The position numbers and the translations under genes were made by a program. Below the pieces are notes generated by a model that saw only the letters and a list, made by a program, of their open reading frames with translations, had not been told where the DNA came from and ran no database searches. A stretch of DNA of 63,699 bases, filler included, from Nitrospirae bacterium CG2_30_53_67 (GTDB lineage: Bacteria > CG2-30-53-67), in NCBI GenBank assembly GCA_001873285.1. It is 6 parts of 6 records of this genome, joined end to end, with 100 filler letters (N's around TTAATTAATTAA, not from the genome) between each part and the next. Parts side by side here need not be neighbours in the genome. Positions count along the whole stretch, not along the records: positions 8,858 to 31,702 come from MNYV01000101.1; 5 more parts are not named here. The stretch is one strand, 5' to 3'. Below, piece by piece: positions 9,681 to 19,999 of the stretch. The stretch's first letter is position 1; every line of letters starts with the position of its first letter.

Positions 9681-10419
9681 TCTGGAAGATCCTTTTCATC
9701 TTGGCGAGGACCGCATGGTGGGTCAGGTCCAGGTGCAAGGGGGTGACTGAAACGTAGCGCTGCTCAATCGCTTCATAATCCGAGTTCTCTCCACGCTTCC
9801 AGACCACTTCTTCGCCGCCGATCCAGTAATAAGGCCTTCCCCTCGGGTCCTTTTTTTCCGTCACCGGGTCCTTGAAGACCCTCTTCCCCAGCGTGGTGAC
9901 ACGGACCCCCTGAATCTGGTCCGGCGGGATGTTGGGCACATTCACATTCAGAAAGGTACCCGGCGGAAGACCGTTCCGAAGCACCTTCTCGGCCAGCCGG
10001 AGGGTGACCACGGCGGCGGCCTTGAACCGAAGCCGGCCGCTGTTGGTCAGGGATACGGCCATGGATGGGATGCCGAGCAAGGACCCTTCCATGGCCGCTG
10101 AAACGGTCCCGGAATAGGTGATGTTATCTCCCAGATTGCTTCCGCAATTGATGCCTGAGACCAGAAGCGACGGGGTCTCCTTGAGGATGGTATGGATACC
10201 CAGAGTAATGCAATCCGTGGGGGTCCCATTGACGCTGTAGACATCCTTGCGCAGCGCATGAACCCTCAAGGGCTTGTGAAGGGTCAGAGAATGGCCTGCG
10301 GCGCTCCGCTCCCTGTCCGGCGCCACCACCACCGTACGGCCGATCGTACGCAGGACCTGTACAAGCGTCCGGAGACCCTTTGAATCAACTCCGTCATCGT
10401 TGGAAACCAGGATCAGCAA
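9658..10419 (-). CDS. surE: 5'/3'-nucleotidase SurE
   Basis: ILVSNDDG, GTPTDC, SGIN.G.N, YSGTV; likely TTG start at 10419. Confidence 0.95.
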   Translation of the reverse strand: MLILVSNDDGVDSKGLRTLVQVLRTIGRTVVVAPDRERSAAGHSLTLHKPLRVHALRKDVYSVNGTPTDCITLGIHTILKETPSLLVSGINCGSNLGDNITYSGTVSAAMEGSLLGIPSMAVSLTNSGRLRFKAAAVVTLRLAEKVLRNGLPPGTFLNVNVPNIPPDQIQGVRVTTLGKRVFKDPVTEKKDPRGRPYYWIGGEEVVWKRGENSDYEAIEQRYVSVTPLHLDLTHHAVLAKMKRIFQNGSVYPS

Positions 10420-10428
10420 AAAAACCTC

Positions 10429-10566
<138 letters not shown>

Positions 10567-10750
10567 GAAAACCCAACCTTTAGAAAAATCAGCGCTCACC
10601 GTCTTTTGATGAATGATCTTACTGAGTCCGCCATTTTATGTCAAGGCTTTTCTCCGGATTGGGTTTTTCCTGCTTGATTCCATGGACTTTTTTTGTTAGG
10701 GTAGGCAGGCTATGATGACGTTCGGGGCTTCCGTCCATTCGTCTGACTAA

Positions 10751-10912
10751 GTGGCCCTATTCGTAAATACGGCGGTATTCGAGTGCCGTAGGGCGGGCTC
10801 ATCGGCGTTCCGCTCCTTGCGGTGTACCAGAGGGGTACGCCTCAGTCGCGCGCCTTGATGCGCCCGCCCTACGACCCTCTCGGTACGTTACCATATTTAC
10901 GAACAGGACCAC
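10751..10912 (+). mobile_element. MITE family B, copy 1 (about 163 bp)
   Basis: TIRs GTGGCCCTATTCGTAAATA ... TATTTACGAACAGGACCAC, with TAA on both sides. Confidence 0.85.
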
Positions 10913-10933
10913 TAAGAAAAGAGAGATAAATCT

Positions 10934-11662
10934 ATGATCCATCTCATGATTTCCACAGGTATCGGGCTCGTTGTTTTTTTTGCGTTATTCTTTTTTAAGA
11001 TCCACTGGGGGCTTGCACTAGCCGCCTCCACGGCGGCTATGATGGGGACCAACTATCTGCTCGGCCGGCGCATCAACAAGGCCATCACGCAGCTCATGGA
11101 CCAAGTCAGCCAGGACCTGAAGGGCGGAAGAATGGACCGGGCTGTTCGGACCCTCGAAGGCGGGTTGAAATACGGCCGTTACCAGTTCTTTGTGACCTCC
11201 CAGATCCGGTCCCAGATCGGGGTGATCCATTACATCAAGAAGGATTTCAACGCCGCATTCCCCTACCTGAAGCAGTCCTTCATCCGAAACTGGGTGGCCC
11301 AGGGGATGCTCGCCGTCCATTACATGCGGAAGAAGGACAAGGAACAGATGGTCAAAACCTTCAACCGGGCATTACGGTACAATCCCAAAGAAAGTCTTCT
11401 CTGGAATCTCTATGCGTACTGCCTGCTCCGCATGGGAGACCGGGATGAGGCCATCGAAGCCCTGGTCAAGGCCTCAAAAAAACTTCCAGGCGATGAGAGG
11501 ATCCAGAGCAACCTCATCAATCTGCAGAACAATAAGAAAATGAAAATGAAGAATTACGGAGAACTCTGGCTTCAGTTCCACCTTGAAAAACTCCCGGGGG
11601 CCATCGGCCAGAAACCTCCTCCCTACCCCATCCAGCGCGGAAAACGGGTGATCCGGCGTTAG
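10934..11662 (+). CDS. Membrane-anchored TPR protein
   Basis: Two N-terminal hydrophobic helices and TPR-like repeats (ALRYNPKESLLWNLYAYCL). Confidence 0.75.
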   Translation: MIHLMISTGIGLVVFFALFFFKIHWGLALAASTAAMMGTNYLLGRRINKAITQLMDQVSQDLKGGRMDRAVRTLEGGLKYGRYQFFVTSQIRSQIGVIHYIKKDFNAAFPYLKQSFIRNWVAQGMLAVHYMRKKDKEQMVKTFNRALRYNPKESLLWNLYAYCLLRMGDRDEAIEALVKASKKLPGDERIQSNLINLQNNKKMKMKNYGELWLQFHLEKLPGAIGQKPPPYPIQRGKRVIRR

Positions 11663-11668
11663 GGGAAG

Positions 11669-11880
11669 AAGGGTTCGAGGGTTGAAAAGCCATAGGGTTC
11701 TAGGAATCAAGGGGTCAAGGGTTCAAGTGAAATGAAACCAAGCAGAATCTCCAGAGAAGAACACTGGAACCCTTTAACCCTAGGACCCTCGGCCCCTTAT
11801 GTTTTTAGCACTTCGCTTGACCCCTTGAATCCTTGACCCCTTGACCCCTGATTTTTTCCTCCGCTCTTTTGGAGATGATC
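11669..11880. mobile_element. MITE family A, partial copy (left TIR missing)
   Basis: GGGTCAA/GACCCCTT octamer arms, shared core, right end CTCTTTTGGAGATGATC. Confidence 0.8.
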
Positions 11881-11889
11881 TTTATTTTC

Positions 11890-13650
11890 TTAAGTCTCTG
11901 AATTGGCATCCCACTCAAACTCCTCTGGGAAGCGGGAACGCATGTGCGCCTTGGTATATTCCTCGATCTCTCTGGCCGTGGAAAACTTGAGAATTTCATT
12001 TGCAAGACGTTTGGATTCCTCCAGGGATACCGATAGAATGATCCTCTTGACCCTGGGGACCGAGACGGGATTCATGCTGAACTCCCGGAGCCCCAGCCCC
12101 AGAAGCGCAGGGGCGTAAGTCGGGTCCCCGGCCACTTCACCGCACATGGCCACCGGAATCTTGGCGTCCATGGCCACGGAGATCACATATTTGATCATGC
12201 GCATCACGGCCGGGTGGAGCGGCTCGTATAGATAGGCGACATGTTCATTCACCCGGTCGATCGCCAGGGTGTACTGGATCAGATCGTTGGTGCCGATACT
12301 CAGAAAATCCACTTCCCTGGCGATCATGTCGGCCACAATGGCGGCGGAAGGGACCTCGATCATCGCCCCCAGCGGGATATTCTCCTTGAACTCCACCCCT
12401 TCCCTGCGAAGATCTTCCAGAACCTCGTGAAAGATATTTTTAGCCGTCCGCAATTCCATCACGCCGGAAATGAGCGGGAGCAGGATCCTGAGATTCCCGT
12501 AAACGCCGGCCCGGGCAAGCGCCCTGAGCTGGGTCTTGAAGATGTCCTGATGCGCCAGACAGAACCGGATGGCCCGAAGACCCATGGAGGGGTTGGACTC
12601 CCTTGAATAGGGGATCTGCATGGAGAGTTTGTCCCCCCCGAGATCAAGCGTCCGTATGGTCATGGCTTCGGGATAGATCATCTCCAGGGTGCTCTTGTAG
12701 GCCTGGAATTGTTCCTCCTCGCCGGGAAGATCGGGTCGGTTCAGGAAAAGAAATTCGGTCCTGTACAGTCCGACTCCGTCCGCCCCATGCTCCAGGACAC
12801 TGCAGACGTCATCAGGGGTCTCAATATTTGCAGAGAGACGGACCCGGCATCCGTCGCTGGTTTCCGCAGGAAGGTGCGTCAGCTTCTGCAGCTCTTTCTC
12901 AAAATAGATATAGCGCCTCTGCTTTTCGAGGTACCGGTTGAATGTTTCATTGTCCGGATGGATGACCACGGCGCCGCTGCCGCCGTCAAGAATTATAGGA
13001 TCGCCGGACTTAACACAAGCCGTGATGTTCCCAATCCCGACGACGGCTGGGATATCCAAAGACCTCGCCATGATTCCCGTGTGGCTTGTCTTCCCTCCCA
13101 GATCGGTTGCAAATCCTTTGACGTGCTCCCGGCCCATCTGCATGGTGTCGGCCGGAGTCAGATCGTGAGCGATGACGATGACGTCCTCTTTCAATGAGGA
13201 GAGGCTCATGGGAGCATGGCCGGAGAGATTATGCAGTATCCTCTCTCCGACATGAACCACGTCGGAACTCCTCTCTTTGAGATAGTTGTCTTCAATGGAT
13301 TCGAAAGCGGAAAAAAATTCATCCAGAACTTTCTTCAAGGCGCCTTCAGCGGCGATGAGATCCTTGCGGATAATCTCATGGGTCCCTTCGGTCAGCATTT
13401 TGTCCTTCAACATCATGATGTGGCTGTCGAGGATAGAGGCGTGAGACGCCCCGATCCGGCTGCTGAATTGCGTTTTTACGGCTTCAAGCTGTGAGATGGA
13501 CTTGGAGAGGGCCTGCTCAAAACGCAGGATCTCGGCTTCAACCTGGTCCTGGGGAATCTTGATGATCTCGATCCTGACCTTCTCCCTGCTGAACACAAAG
13601 GCCTTCCCGATCGCAACACCCGGGGAAACGCCTATGCCGTGAACCTTCAT
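11890..13650 (-). CDS. ptsI: PEP-protein phosphotransferase, enzyme I
   Basis: GGKTSHTGIMARS, GLYRTEF, SIGTNDLIQY, MCGE. Confidence 0.95.
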   Translation of the reverse strand: MKVHGIGVSPGVAIGKAFVFSREKVRIEIIKIPQDQVEAEILRFEQALSKSISQLEAVKTQFSSRIGASHASILDSHIMMLKDKMLTEGTHEIIRKDLIAAEGALKKVLDEFFSAFESIEDNYLKERSSDVVHVGERILHNLSGHAPMSLSSLKEDVIVIAHDLTPADTMQMGREHVKGFATDLGGKTSHTGIMARSLDIPAVVGIGNITACVKSGDPIILDGGSGAVVIHPDNETFNRYLEKQRRYIYFEKELQKLTHLPAETSDGCRVRLSANIETPDDVCSVLEHGADGVGLYRTEFLFLNRPDLPGEEEQFQAYKSTLEMIYPEAMTIRTLDLGGDKLSMQIPYSRESNPSMGLRAIRFCLAHQDIFKTQLRALARAGVYGNLRILLPLISGVMELRTAKNIFHEVLEDLRREGVEFKENIPLGAMIEVPSAAIVADMIAREVDFLSIGTNDLIQYTLAIDRVNEHVAYLYEPLHPAVMRMIKYVISVAMDAKIPVAMCGEVAGDPTYAPALLGLGLREFSMNPVSVPRVKRIILSVSLEESKRLANEILKFSTAREIEEYTKAHMRSRFPEEFEWDANSET

Positions 13651-13917
13651 CTACTCCTCCCCGAATTTGTTGTTCACCAGCATGGCCAGGCTTTCTATGG
13701 CCTCATGCTCGTCCGGTCCATGGGCCTCCAGAATCAGTTCCGTGCCTTTGGCTGCGGCAAGCATCATGATCCCCATAATGCTCTTCCCGTTGACCTCGGC
13801 ATCATCCTTCTTGACCAGGATACGGGAGGCAAAACGACCGGCCATCTCAACGAACATGGCCGCGGACCTCGCATGCATACCTAACTTATTCTGAATCAGG
13901 ACTTTTGCAGCCTTCAA
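13651..13917 (-). CDS. ptsH: Phosphocarrier HPr
   Basis: GMHARSAA, NGKSIMGIM. Confidence 0.93.
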   Translation of the reverse strand: MKAAKVLIQNKLGMHARSAAMFVEMAGRFASRILVKKDDAEVNGKSIMGIMMLAAAKGTELILEAHGPDEHEAIESLAMLVNNKFGEE

Positions 13918-13933
13918 ATCTTTTTTCTCCTCT

Positions 13934-14701
13934 TCATATCCACCATCCCATGTGAGACAAGCCTTGAGAAAGGATGAGCAGCGCCGCCGCCTGGATCAGG
14001 AGGGGCACACCCTTGCGTTCGGCTTTCACGCCGGCCCAGACCAGCAGAGCCATGAAAACGAACAGACCAAAATAGGTGAAATTGACCGCAGGGACGGCCT
14101 GCAGGATCCACAAGGGAAGGAATAACCCAACAGCGAAAAGGATCATGCCGTTCATCCAGTAAATCTTTTTCTGAAATTTTACGTTATTCAGGTAGGTCAA
14201 CAGACCCGACCCGTAGGCGTATCCGTTCCACAGACCCGCTCCTCTGATCCAGAGGGTGACCAGGTTGTACAGGACAAGAAACAGGAGCGGGGCGGCTGTC
14301 TCGTCAATGACGGCGGCCAGCGCCGCCGCCAGGCCTGCCAAGGGCCGGAGCGCCCCCCACGTGAGCGAATCCCCCAACGCCCCCAACGCGCCTGTCAGAT
14401 CATTCTTGAATGTATCGATCTCTCCCGCAGTGACCCGGCCCTGTGCCCGTTCCTCCTCCAGACGCAGGGTCCCGCCCAGAATCATCCCGGCGAAATAGGG
14501 ATTGGTGTTGAAGCAGGTCAGGTGCCGCTTGATCAGATCTCTGACTTCCTCCTCGGTAAATCGGGCGTGACGAAGAAGCGGGACCAGGGCATAGGCAAAA
14601 CCGATCCCCTGAAAGTTCTCGAAGTTCCATGCAGCCTGTATGAAAAGCCCCCTGAACAGAGCCTTGGAAAAGACCGGTATGCAAAGATGTTTCTTATTCA
14701 T
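13934..14701 (-). CDS. PTS mannose/fructose/sorbose family IID
   Basis: IQAAWNFENFQGIGF, FNTNPY, GDSLTWG. Confidence 0.88.
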   Translation of the reverse strand: MNKKHLCIPVFSKALFRGLFIQAAWNFENFQGIGFAYALVPLLRHARFTEEEVRDLIKRHLTCFNTNPYFAGMILGGTLRLEEERAQGRVTAGEIDTFKNDLTGALGALGDSLTWGALRPLAGLAAALAAVIDETAAPLLFLVLYNLVTLWIRGAGLWNGYAYGSGLLTYLNNVKFQKKIYWMNGMILFAVGLFLPLWILQAVPAVNFTYFGLFVFMALLVWAGVKAERKGVPLLIQAAALLILSQGLSHMGWWI

Positions 14702-14777
14702 ATCACCTTTCAGCTTATCCCTTCCATGAATATTTTAACCTCCCTGCAGTTTGATGCGCTTTGTTCTTTCAGCCGTG

Positions 14778-15551
14778 TCATAAAACGCTGATCCGGCGCT
14801 CTTGAACGTAGACCATGGCGAACGACAGAAGAAAGAAAGACACAAGGACCGGCATGCTCTGCTGCCGCAGCCCGATAAATATCAAGAAGGATGCCATGGC
14901 TCCGGCTGCAAGGTGAATGCGGCCCTGCATGATATTCTTCCTGGCCAGCAGAGAGGCGACCCCAACGGCTGGAAGGAAGAAAAAGAACAGGCGCAGCCCC
15001 TGCAGGACCTCATCGGAAAGAAGCGCATATCCGCTGCTCAGCAATCCGCCGGAGAATCCGACGACCAGGAACGTCACTCCAAAATAATAGAGGAAAAATA
15101 TCAGGATCCCCATCCGGACTGCACGGGCGGCGCCCTTCTCCGGTGATTCCGATAAAACCGCCATTCGGATCAGCCCTGCATTTTTCCTGCGTATCCACTG
15201 ATCGAGGAAACCGGCCGGGACCAGCAGGAGGCCCACCCATAGAAAGACCCAGGCCAGCCAAGCCGTATCTATCCATTGAACGGTCTCTGAATGAAAGAAA
15301 GAGAGCCCTGAAGTCAAGAGGGCTGCCAGAGTGGCATCTTTCGGGATATGGCCTCCAATCGGTAATCCTCGGAGCCAGAAAAGCTCAAGCACGACCCCGA
15401 TCAGCAAGCCTGTGTGAAAATCCCCCATCAGCCATCCGACCAGAGGCGCTGCCACAATCGGCTGAGAGATCATGAACTGGCCGAACGCCAAGCGATCCAG
15501 ACCTGCGAATCCCGCAATCAGGGCTATTTCAAAGGTTCCCCAAAACGACAT
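14778..15551 (-). CDS. PTS mannose family IIC
   Basis: QFMISQPIV...LELFWL..LPIGGHIP. Confidence 0.85.
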   Translation of the reverse strand: MSFWGTFEIALIAGFAGLDRLAFGQFMISQPIVAAPLVGWLMGDFHTGLLIGVVLELFWLRGLPIGGHIPKDATLAALLTSGLSFFHSETVQWIDTAWLAWVFLWVGLLLVPAGFLDQWIRRKNAGLIRMAVLSESPEKGAARAVRMGILIFFLYYFGVTFLVVGFSGGLLSSGYALLSDEVLQGLRLFFFFLPAVGVASLLARKNIMQGRIHLAAGAMASFLIFIGLRQQSMPVLVSFFLLSFAMVYVQERRISVL

Positions 15552-15598
15552 GGTCTTCCCAAGGATAGAGTACGGCCGGAAGGTTTCTCTTTGCTCAT

Positions 15599-16090
15599 TC
15601 AGAAGAGATGACTCTCTTCAATCAGGCTTTTGAGGTCCAGGGCCGGCTCCGACGGCACGGAGCGGATCTCCACCTGGATGCCGAGTTTGAGAATCGCCTG
15701 AAGATCCCGGATGTCCTCTTCCGTGGCCATGATTCCTTTGTACAGGACTCTGGTTCTTCCGACCCCATGAAGTCCTCCAAGATTCAGACGATCGATGCAA
15801 AGCCCGCAGCCGATGGCCGACAATGCATCCTTGGGCAGCCGGAAAAGAATCATCGCCCTGCATGCCGAATAGGCCCCTTCCAGACAACCGGCGGCAGTCT
15901 CCTTGATCGTCAGGATTTCAGTCCGGACCCCGTAGGGGACCACCAGGGTCATGAGGTCCCGCTGGAATGAACTTGCCGCAGCCGCGTCGTCCGCCACCAC
16001 GATCCGGTCGGGATGGAGATAATGAAACCATCCTTCCACAACCTGGCCGTGGATCAAACGGTCGTCAATCCGGAACAGAACAATGCCCAT
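15599..16090 (-). CDS. PTS mannose family IIB
   Basis: RIDDRLIHGQV, LNLGG. Confidence 0.9.
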   Translation of the reverse strand: MGIVLFRIDDRLIHGQVVEGWFHYLHPDRIVVADDAAAASSFQRDLMTLVVPYGVRTEILTIKETAAGCLEGAYSACRAMILFRLPKDALSAIGCGLCIDRLNLGGLHGVGRTRVLYKGIMATEEDIRDLQAILKLGIQVEIRSVPSEPALDLKSLIEESHLF

Positions 16091-16112
16091 AAATTTTCTC
16101 TTCACTTATTCC

Positions 16113-16375
16113 AAAGGGTTCGAGGATTCCAGGGTTCAAGGGGTCAAGTGAAATACTTAAACGCAAGCAAACTCTACAGAGAAAAACACTGGATCCCAAG
16201 ATGCCTTAGTGTAGTAGCCGTCGCAGACGGCAAGGATAGAGAAAAGCGGGACACGCGAAGCGTAACCCTTGACCCCTGGGACCCTCGGCCCCTTATTTTT
16301 TAGCACTTCACTTGACCCCTGGAATCCTTGACCCCTTGACCCCTGATGTTTTCACCCACTCTTTTGGAAATGATC
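16113..16375. mobile_element. MITE family A, partial copy carrying a 66-bp internal module
   Basis: Same arms and core as the other copies; module at about 16198-16264. Confidence 0.8.
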
Positions 16376-16790
16376 AGACCGCGCGCCCCTGCTGTTCCTT
16401 GAGCAGCGTGCTGGCCACAATGATGCCCCGCTTGCCGTATTCTTCAAGATGCCCGCAGAGTTCGGCCATCTGATGATCTTTACGCAAGGTGATCCCCTTG
16501 ATCAGCATCGGGAGATTCACGCCTGTGATCACTTCAACCTTGGGGTTTTCAAGAAAGGCGAGGCTGATGTTTGAAGGAGTCCCGCCCAGCATGTCCGTCA
16601 TGATGATCACCCCGTCCCCCTGATCCACAGCCTTGACCGCCTCTGCAATTTCCGCTCTGGCCGCGTCCACGGCCTTGGTGAAGTCCACGGAGACGGCGAG
16701 CACCCCCTCCTGCTTCCCCAAAATCCCTTCCACGCAAAGATTCAATTCGTCCCCGATATGAGCATGAGTGACCATCACGAAACCGACCAT
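16374..16790 (-). CDS. PTS mannose family IIA
   Basis: VMVTH, TDMLGGTPSN, TGVNLPML. Confidence 0.9.
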   Translation of the reverse strand: MVGFVMVTHAHIGDELNLCVEGILGKQEGVLAVSVDFTKAVDAARAEIAEAVKAVDQGDGVIIMTDMLGGTPSNISLAFLENPKVEVITGVNLPMLIKGITLRKDHQMAELCGHLEEYGKRGIIVASTLLKEQQGRAV

Positions 16791-16831
16791 CCCGTTTTTT
16801 CTCCTCTGTTAAACCGCCGGATTAAACAGCC

Positions 16832-17704
16832 TCATCTCCGCTCGATATCCCGGTATCGAACGGATGTTTTGTACCCCTTCTCTTCCAGATGCTTCTTCAC
16901 GTTGTCTACCACGACCACGGAGCGGTGGCGGCCGCCGGTGCATCCGAACCCCAGGGTCAGGTAAGACTTCCCTTCCTGAACAAAGAGAGGGAGCAGATAA
17001 TCCAAAAATTCATAGAACCGGGTTAAATATTCCTGCGTCTCTTTCCGATCGAAGACGTACCGGACCACCTCAGGATCCTTGCCGGTGCGATCCCTCAACG
17101 TATCCACAAAAAACGGGTTGGGAAGGAACCGGAGATCAAATATCATATCCGCATCATATACTATCCCATATTTAAACCCGAATGCAACCAGGGAAATGGA
17201 TATCCGCCTGCTTCGAATCGTGGATTCAAACTGTTTTCTGAGAACGTCCCTCAGGCCGTGGATGGAATAATCCGAGGTGTCGATCACGAGATCGGAACTC
17301 GCCTTGACATCGGCCAGCATCTCCCGTTCAAGGGCCAGGCCTTCAAGAACCGAGGTTTCAGCGAGGGGGTGTCTCCGCCGTGTCTCCTTGAACCGCCGTA
17401 GCAGCACCTCGTCCGAGGCATCCAGGAAGAGCACCTGGTATTCAAATCCGTTTTTCCTGATATCGCTCAACACATCATTGTATCTTTTCAAAAACTTTTT
17501 CTCCCGGATATCCACCACCACGGCGACTTTTTCAATCTCACTCCCGCTTTTCACACAGAGTTCCAGAAACTTGGGGATCAGTTCCATGGGAATATTGTCC
17601 ACACAGAAGAAGCCCATGTCTTCAAACTGATGGATCGTGGTGCTCTTCCCCGACCCCGAAATACCGCTGATGATGGCAAGTTTAAGTGTCTGTTTCTTCA
17701 TCAT
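16832..17704 (-). CDS. rapZ: RNase adapter RapZ
   Basis: SGISGSGKST, RFLPNP, GCTGGRHRSV. Confidence 0.95.
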   Translation of the reverse strand: MMKKQTLKLAIISGISGSGKSTTIHQFEDMGFFCVDNIPMELIPKFLELCVKSGSEIEKVAVVVDIREKKFLKRYNDVLSDIRKNGFEYQVLFLDASDEVLLRRFKETRRRHPLAETSVLEGLALEREMLADVKASSDLVIDTSDYSIHGLRDVLRKQFESTIRSRRISISLVAFGFKYGIVYDADMIFDLRFLPNPFFVDTLRDRTGKDPEVVRYVFDRKETQEYLTRFYEFLDYLLPLFVQEGKSYLTLGFGCTGGRHRSVVVVDNVKKHLEEKGYKTSVRYRDIERR

Positions 17705-18632
17705 GACTCTGAATTTTCCGGCTCAGCTTCTTCTCAAAAGATCGCGCGGGGAAATGGCCGGAGGACTTCAACAGGTAGTTTCTTGCAGCCACTTCTATGA
17801 TCAAGGCCATATTCCTCCCGGGTGTCACGGGCATCCTTAAAAAAGGCTTCATGACGTCCATGATTTCAAAGGTGCGTTCCTCCAGACCCAGCCGGTCAAA
17901 ACTTTCCGATGCCTTCCACTCCACCAGTTCAACAAACAGGTCGATCTCTTTTCCCTGCTGGATCGAAGAAACCCCGTACAGATCCTTGATATTAATGATC
18001 CCCAGCCCGCGGATCTCCATATGATGGCTGGTCATGTCGGGGCAGCTCCCCACCAGCGTCTCCATATCCTTCTTCTTGATCATCACCGTGTCGTCCGCCA
18101 CCAGTCTGTGCCCTCGGTCTATGAGGTCCAGCGCGCATTCGCTCTTCCCGATCCCGCTTTTCCCGAGAATCAGGATCCCGACGCCATAGACGTCCACCAG
18201 CACACCTGAACGCGTGATACGGTGCGCCAGGGCCTCCTCCAGGTAGGAGGTAATGCGCTTGATGCAATGGGAGCTGTAAAGCGGCGAACGAAGGATCGGA
18301 ATCTTTTTGAGATTGCATATCCGGACCAGTTCCTCAGGCACGTCCAATCCCTTGGTCACAAAGAAACAGGGAAACATGCTTTCACTGAATTGATTCAGCC
18401 TGTTTTCCCTCTCTTCGGGAGACAAGGAGATCAAAAACGAGATTTCGGTCTCGCCGAGAAACTGGACCTTGGAGGAATCTATATGGGCGGTATACCCGGC
18501 CAGGGCCAGGCTCGACTTTTGTATTCGAGGCTTTCGAATGAGATGATTGAGACCCTCTTCCCCTGCGATCAACTCCAGCCGGAGCCTGGATTGATTCGCC
18601 TTGAACAGGTCGGAAACGGTGACCTGGGCCAT
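17682..18632 (-). CDS. hprK: HPr(Ser) kinase/phosphatase
   Basis: GKSGIGKSECAL, LVADD, MEIRGLGII. Confidence 0.95.
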   Translation of the reverse strand: MAQVTVSDLFKANQSRLRLELIAGEEGLNHLIRKPRIQKSSLALAGYTAHIDSSKVQFLGETEISFLISLSPEERENRLNQFSESMFPCFFVTKGLDVPEELVRICNLKKIPILRSPLYSSHCIKRITSYLEEALAHRITRSGVLVDVYGVGILILGKSGIGKSECALDLIDRGHRLVADDTVMIKKKDMETLVGSCPDMTSHHMEIRGLGIINIKDLYGVSSIQQGKEIDLFVELVEWKASESFDRLGLEERTFEIMDVMKPFLRMPVTPGRNMALIIEVAARNYLLKSSGHFPARSFEKKLSRKIQSHDEETDT

Positions 18633-18738
18633 AACCTCTCCTTATCGCGATGCCCGTATTGCCGTAACCTCACCACATAGAGAAAACAAAAACCTTTTTG
18701 CCGCGAATGAACACGAATCTACCGGGAAAAATCATGGG

Positions 18739-19206
18739 TCATGGCCCGTACTTCTCATCCTCTGCTCGGATCAGGTCATACAATTCTTCACGGGTTCTTG
18801 CCTTGAGGAGCCGTTTCCTGAAGCTCCTGTTCTTGAGAATCTTTGAGATCCTCGCCAGAGTCTTCAGGTGGTCCACCGGAGCGGCATCCGGAGCGGTCAG
18901 AACAAAAAACAGATGAACCGGCTTCCCGTCCATGGCATCGAAGTCGATCCCCTTCAAGGAGAGACCGAAGGCAAGAATCAGCCGGTCCAGATCCTTCAGC
19001 CTCCCGTGCGGGATGGCGATCCCTTCGCCGATGCCGGTGCTCGAAAGGGTCTCCCTCCCAAGAATCACTTCCAGAAATTCGTCCCGATCGCGGATCTTCT
19101 TCTGATCATACAGCAGGGACGCAAATTCCTTCAAGACATCCTTTTTATTTTGTCCTTTGAGGTCCGGAATCATCAGACTTTGTTCCAGCAGATCCGTCAA
19201 TTTCAT
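18739..19206 (-). CDS. ptsN: PTS IIA(Ntr)-like protein
   Basis: STGIGEGIAIPH; located downstream of rpoN-hpf. Confidence 0.9.
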   Translation of the reverse strand: MKLTDLLEQSLMIPDLKGQNKKDVLKEFASLLYDQKKIRDRDEFLEVILGRETLSSTGIGEGIAIPHGRLKDLDRLILAFGLSLKGIDFDAMDGKPVHLFFVLTAPDAAPVDHLKTLARISKILKNRSFRKRLLKARTREELYDLIRAEDEKYGP

Positions 19207-19214
19207 CCTTGATC

Positions 19215-19772
19215 CTACTCATAGACCGGTACGATCAGACCGAGATTCCCATCTTTCCTCCGGTAGAGAACATGGACCTGGTCGGTCTTTGAATCCGTAT
19301 AAACGATAAAGTCATTTTCCAAAAGATCCAACTGCATGGCGGCTTCATCGGTGGACATGGGTTTCGGGGCATATTTACGGGACCGGATGATCCTCGGTTT
19401 TGCTTTCGCCCTGCCGGTCTTTTTTTGTTCAGCGGGCTTCGGAGCAGCCGGTTTGGCCGCCTCTTCATTCAGCCGCGTCTTACCCTTCCCGCTCCAGTTT
19501 TTGGTTGTGAATTTTTTGTATCTCTGCCCGATACTTTCAATGGCACGGTCCACGGACTGGTACATATCTTTGGTCTCTTCGCTCGCCTGGAATACCGAAC
19601 CTCCGACATGGCATGTGACCTCCGCGAGATGCCGGTATTTTTCCACGTGCAGCCGCACCTCTATATCCGACTCTTTATGAAAGCGGCGCTGCAGTTTCTT
19701 CAACTCCTTTTCGATGTGGTCCCGCAAACCATCGGTCAAATTCATATGTCTGGCCGTGATGTTCAACTGCAT
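19215..19772 (-). CDS. hpf: Long-form ribosome hibernation factor
   Basis: NITARH, DMYQSVD, KPMSTDEAAMQ, YRRKDG. Confidence 0.92.
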   Translation of the reverse strand: MQLNITARHMNLTDGLRDHIEKELKKLQRRFHKESDIEVRLHVEKYRHLAEVTCHVGGSVFQASEETKDMYQSVDRAIESIGQRYKKFTTKNWSGKGKTRLNEEAAKPAAPKPAEQKKTGRAKAKPRIIRSRKYAPKPMSTDEAAMQLDLLENDFIVYTDSKTDQVHVLYRRKDGNLGLIVPVYE

Positions 19773-19999
19773 GGCATGTCCTCCCTCGTTCTATTTTAAA
19801 TTCGCTTCTATGATGCCCCGAGGGGACTCCTTCGAGACGAATGATGATCCGGCATGGAGATTCCGTCTCAAAACGCATTCTGAGATCCCCTGAACCGGTA
19901 AAAAAACTTTTTTGGGTATGGATGCGCGGCAAAAAAAGGCTCAATTGAAAAGCATCCCCCTTGCAGTCGTCACAGAAACATCACATCGTATAGGACGCA

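Noticed and set aside
11669..11880. CRISPR array suggested by the recurring repeats
   Set aside because: The repeats are dispersed inverted elements or 7-8-nt tandem units, not direct repeats with unique spacers, and there are no cas genes.
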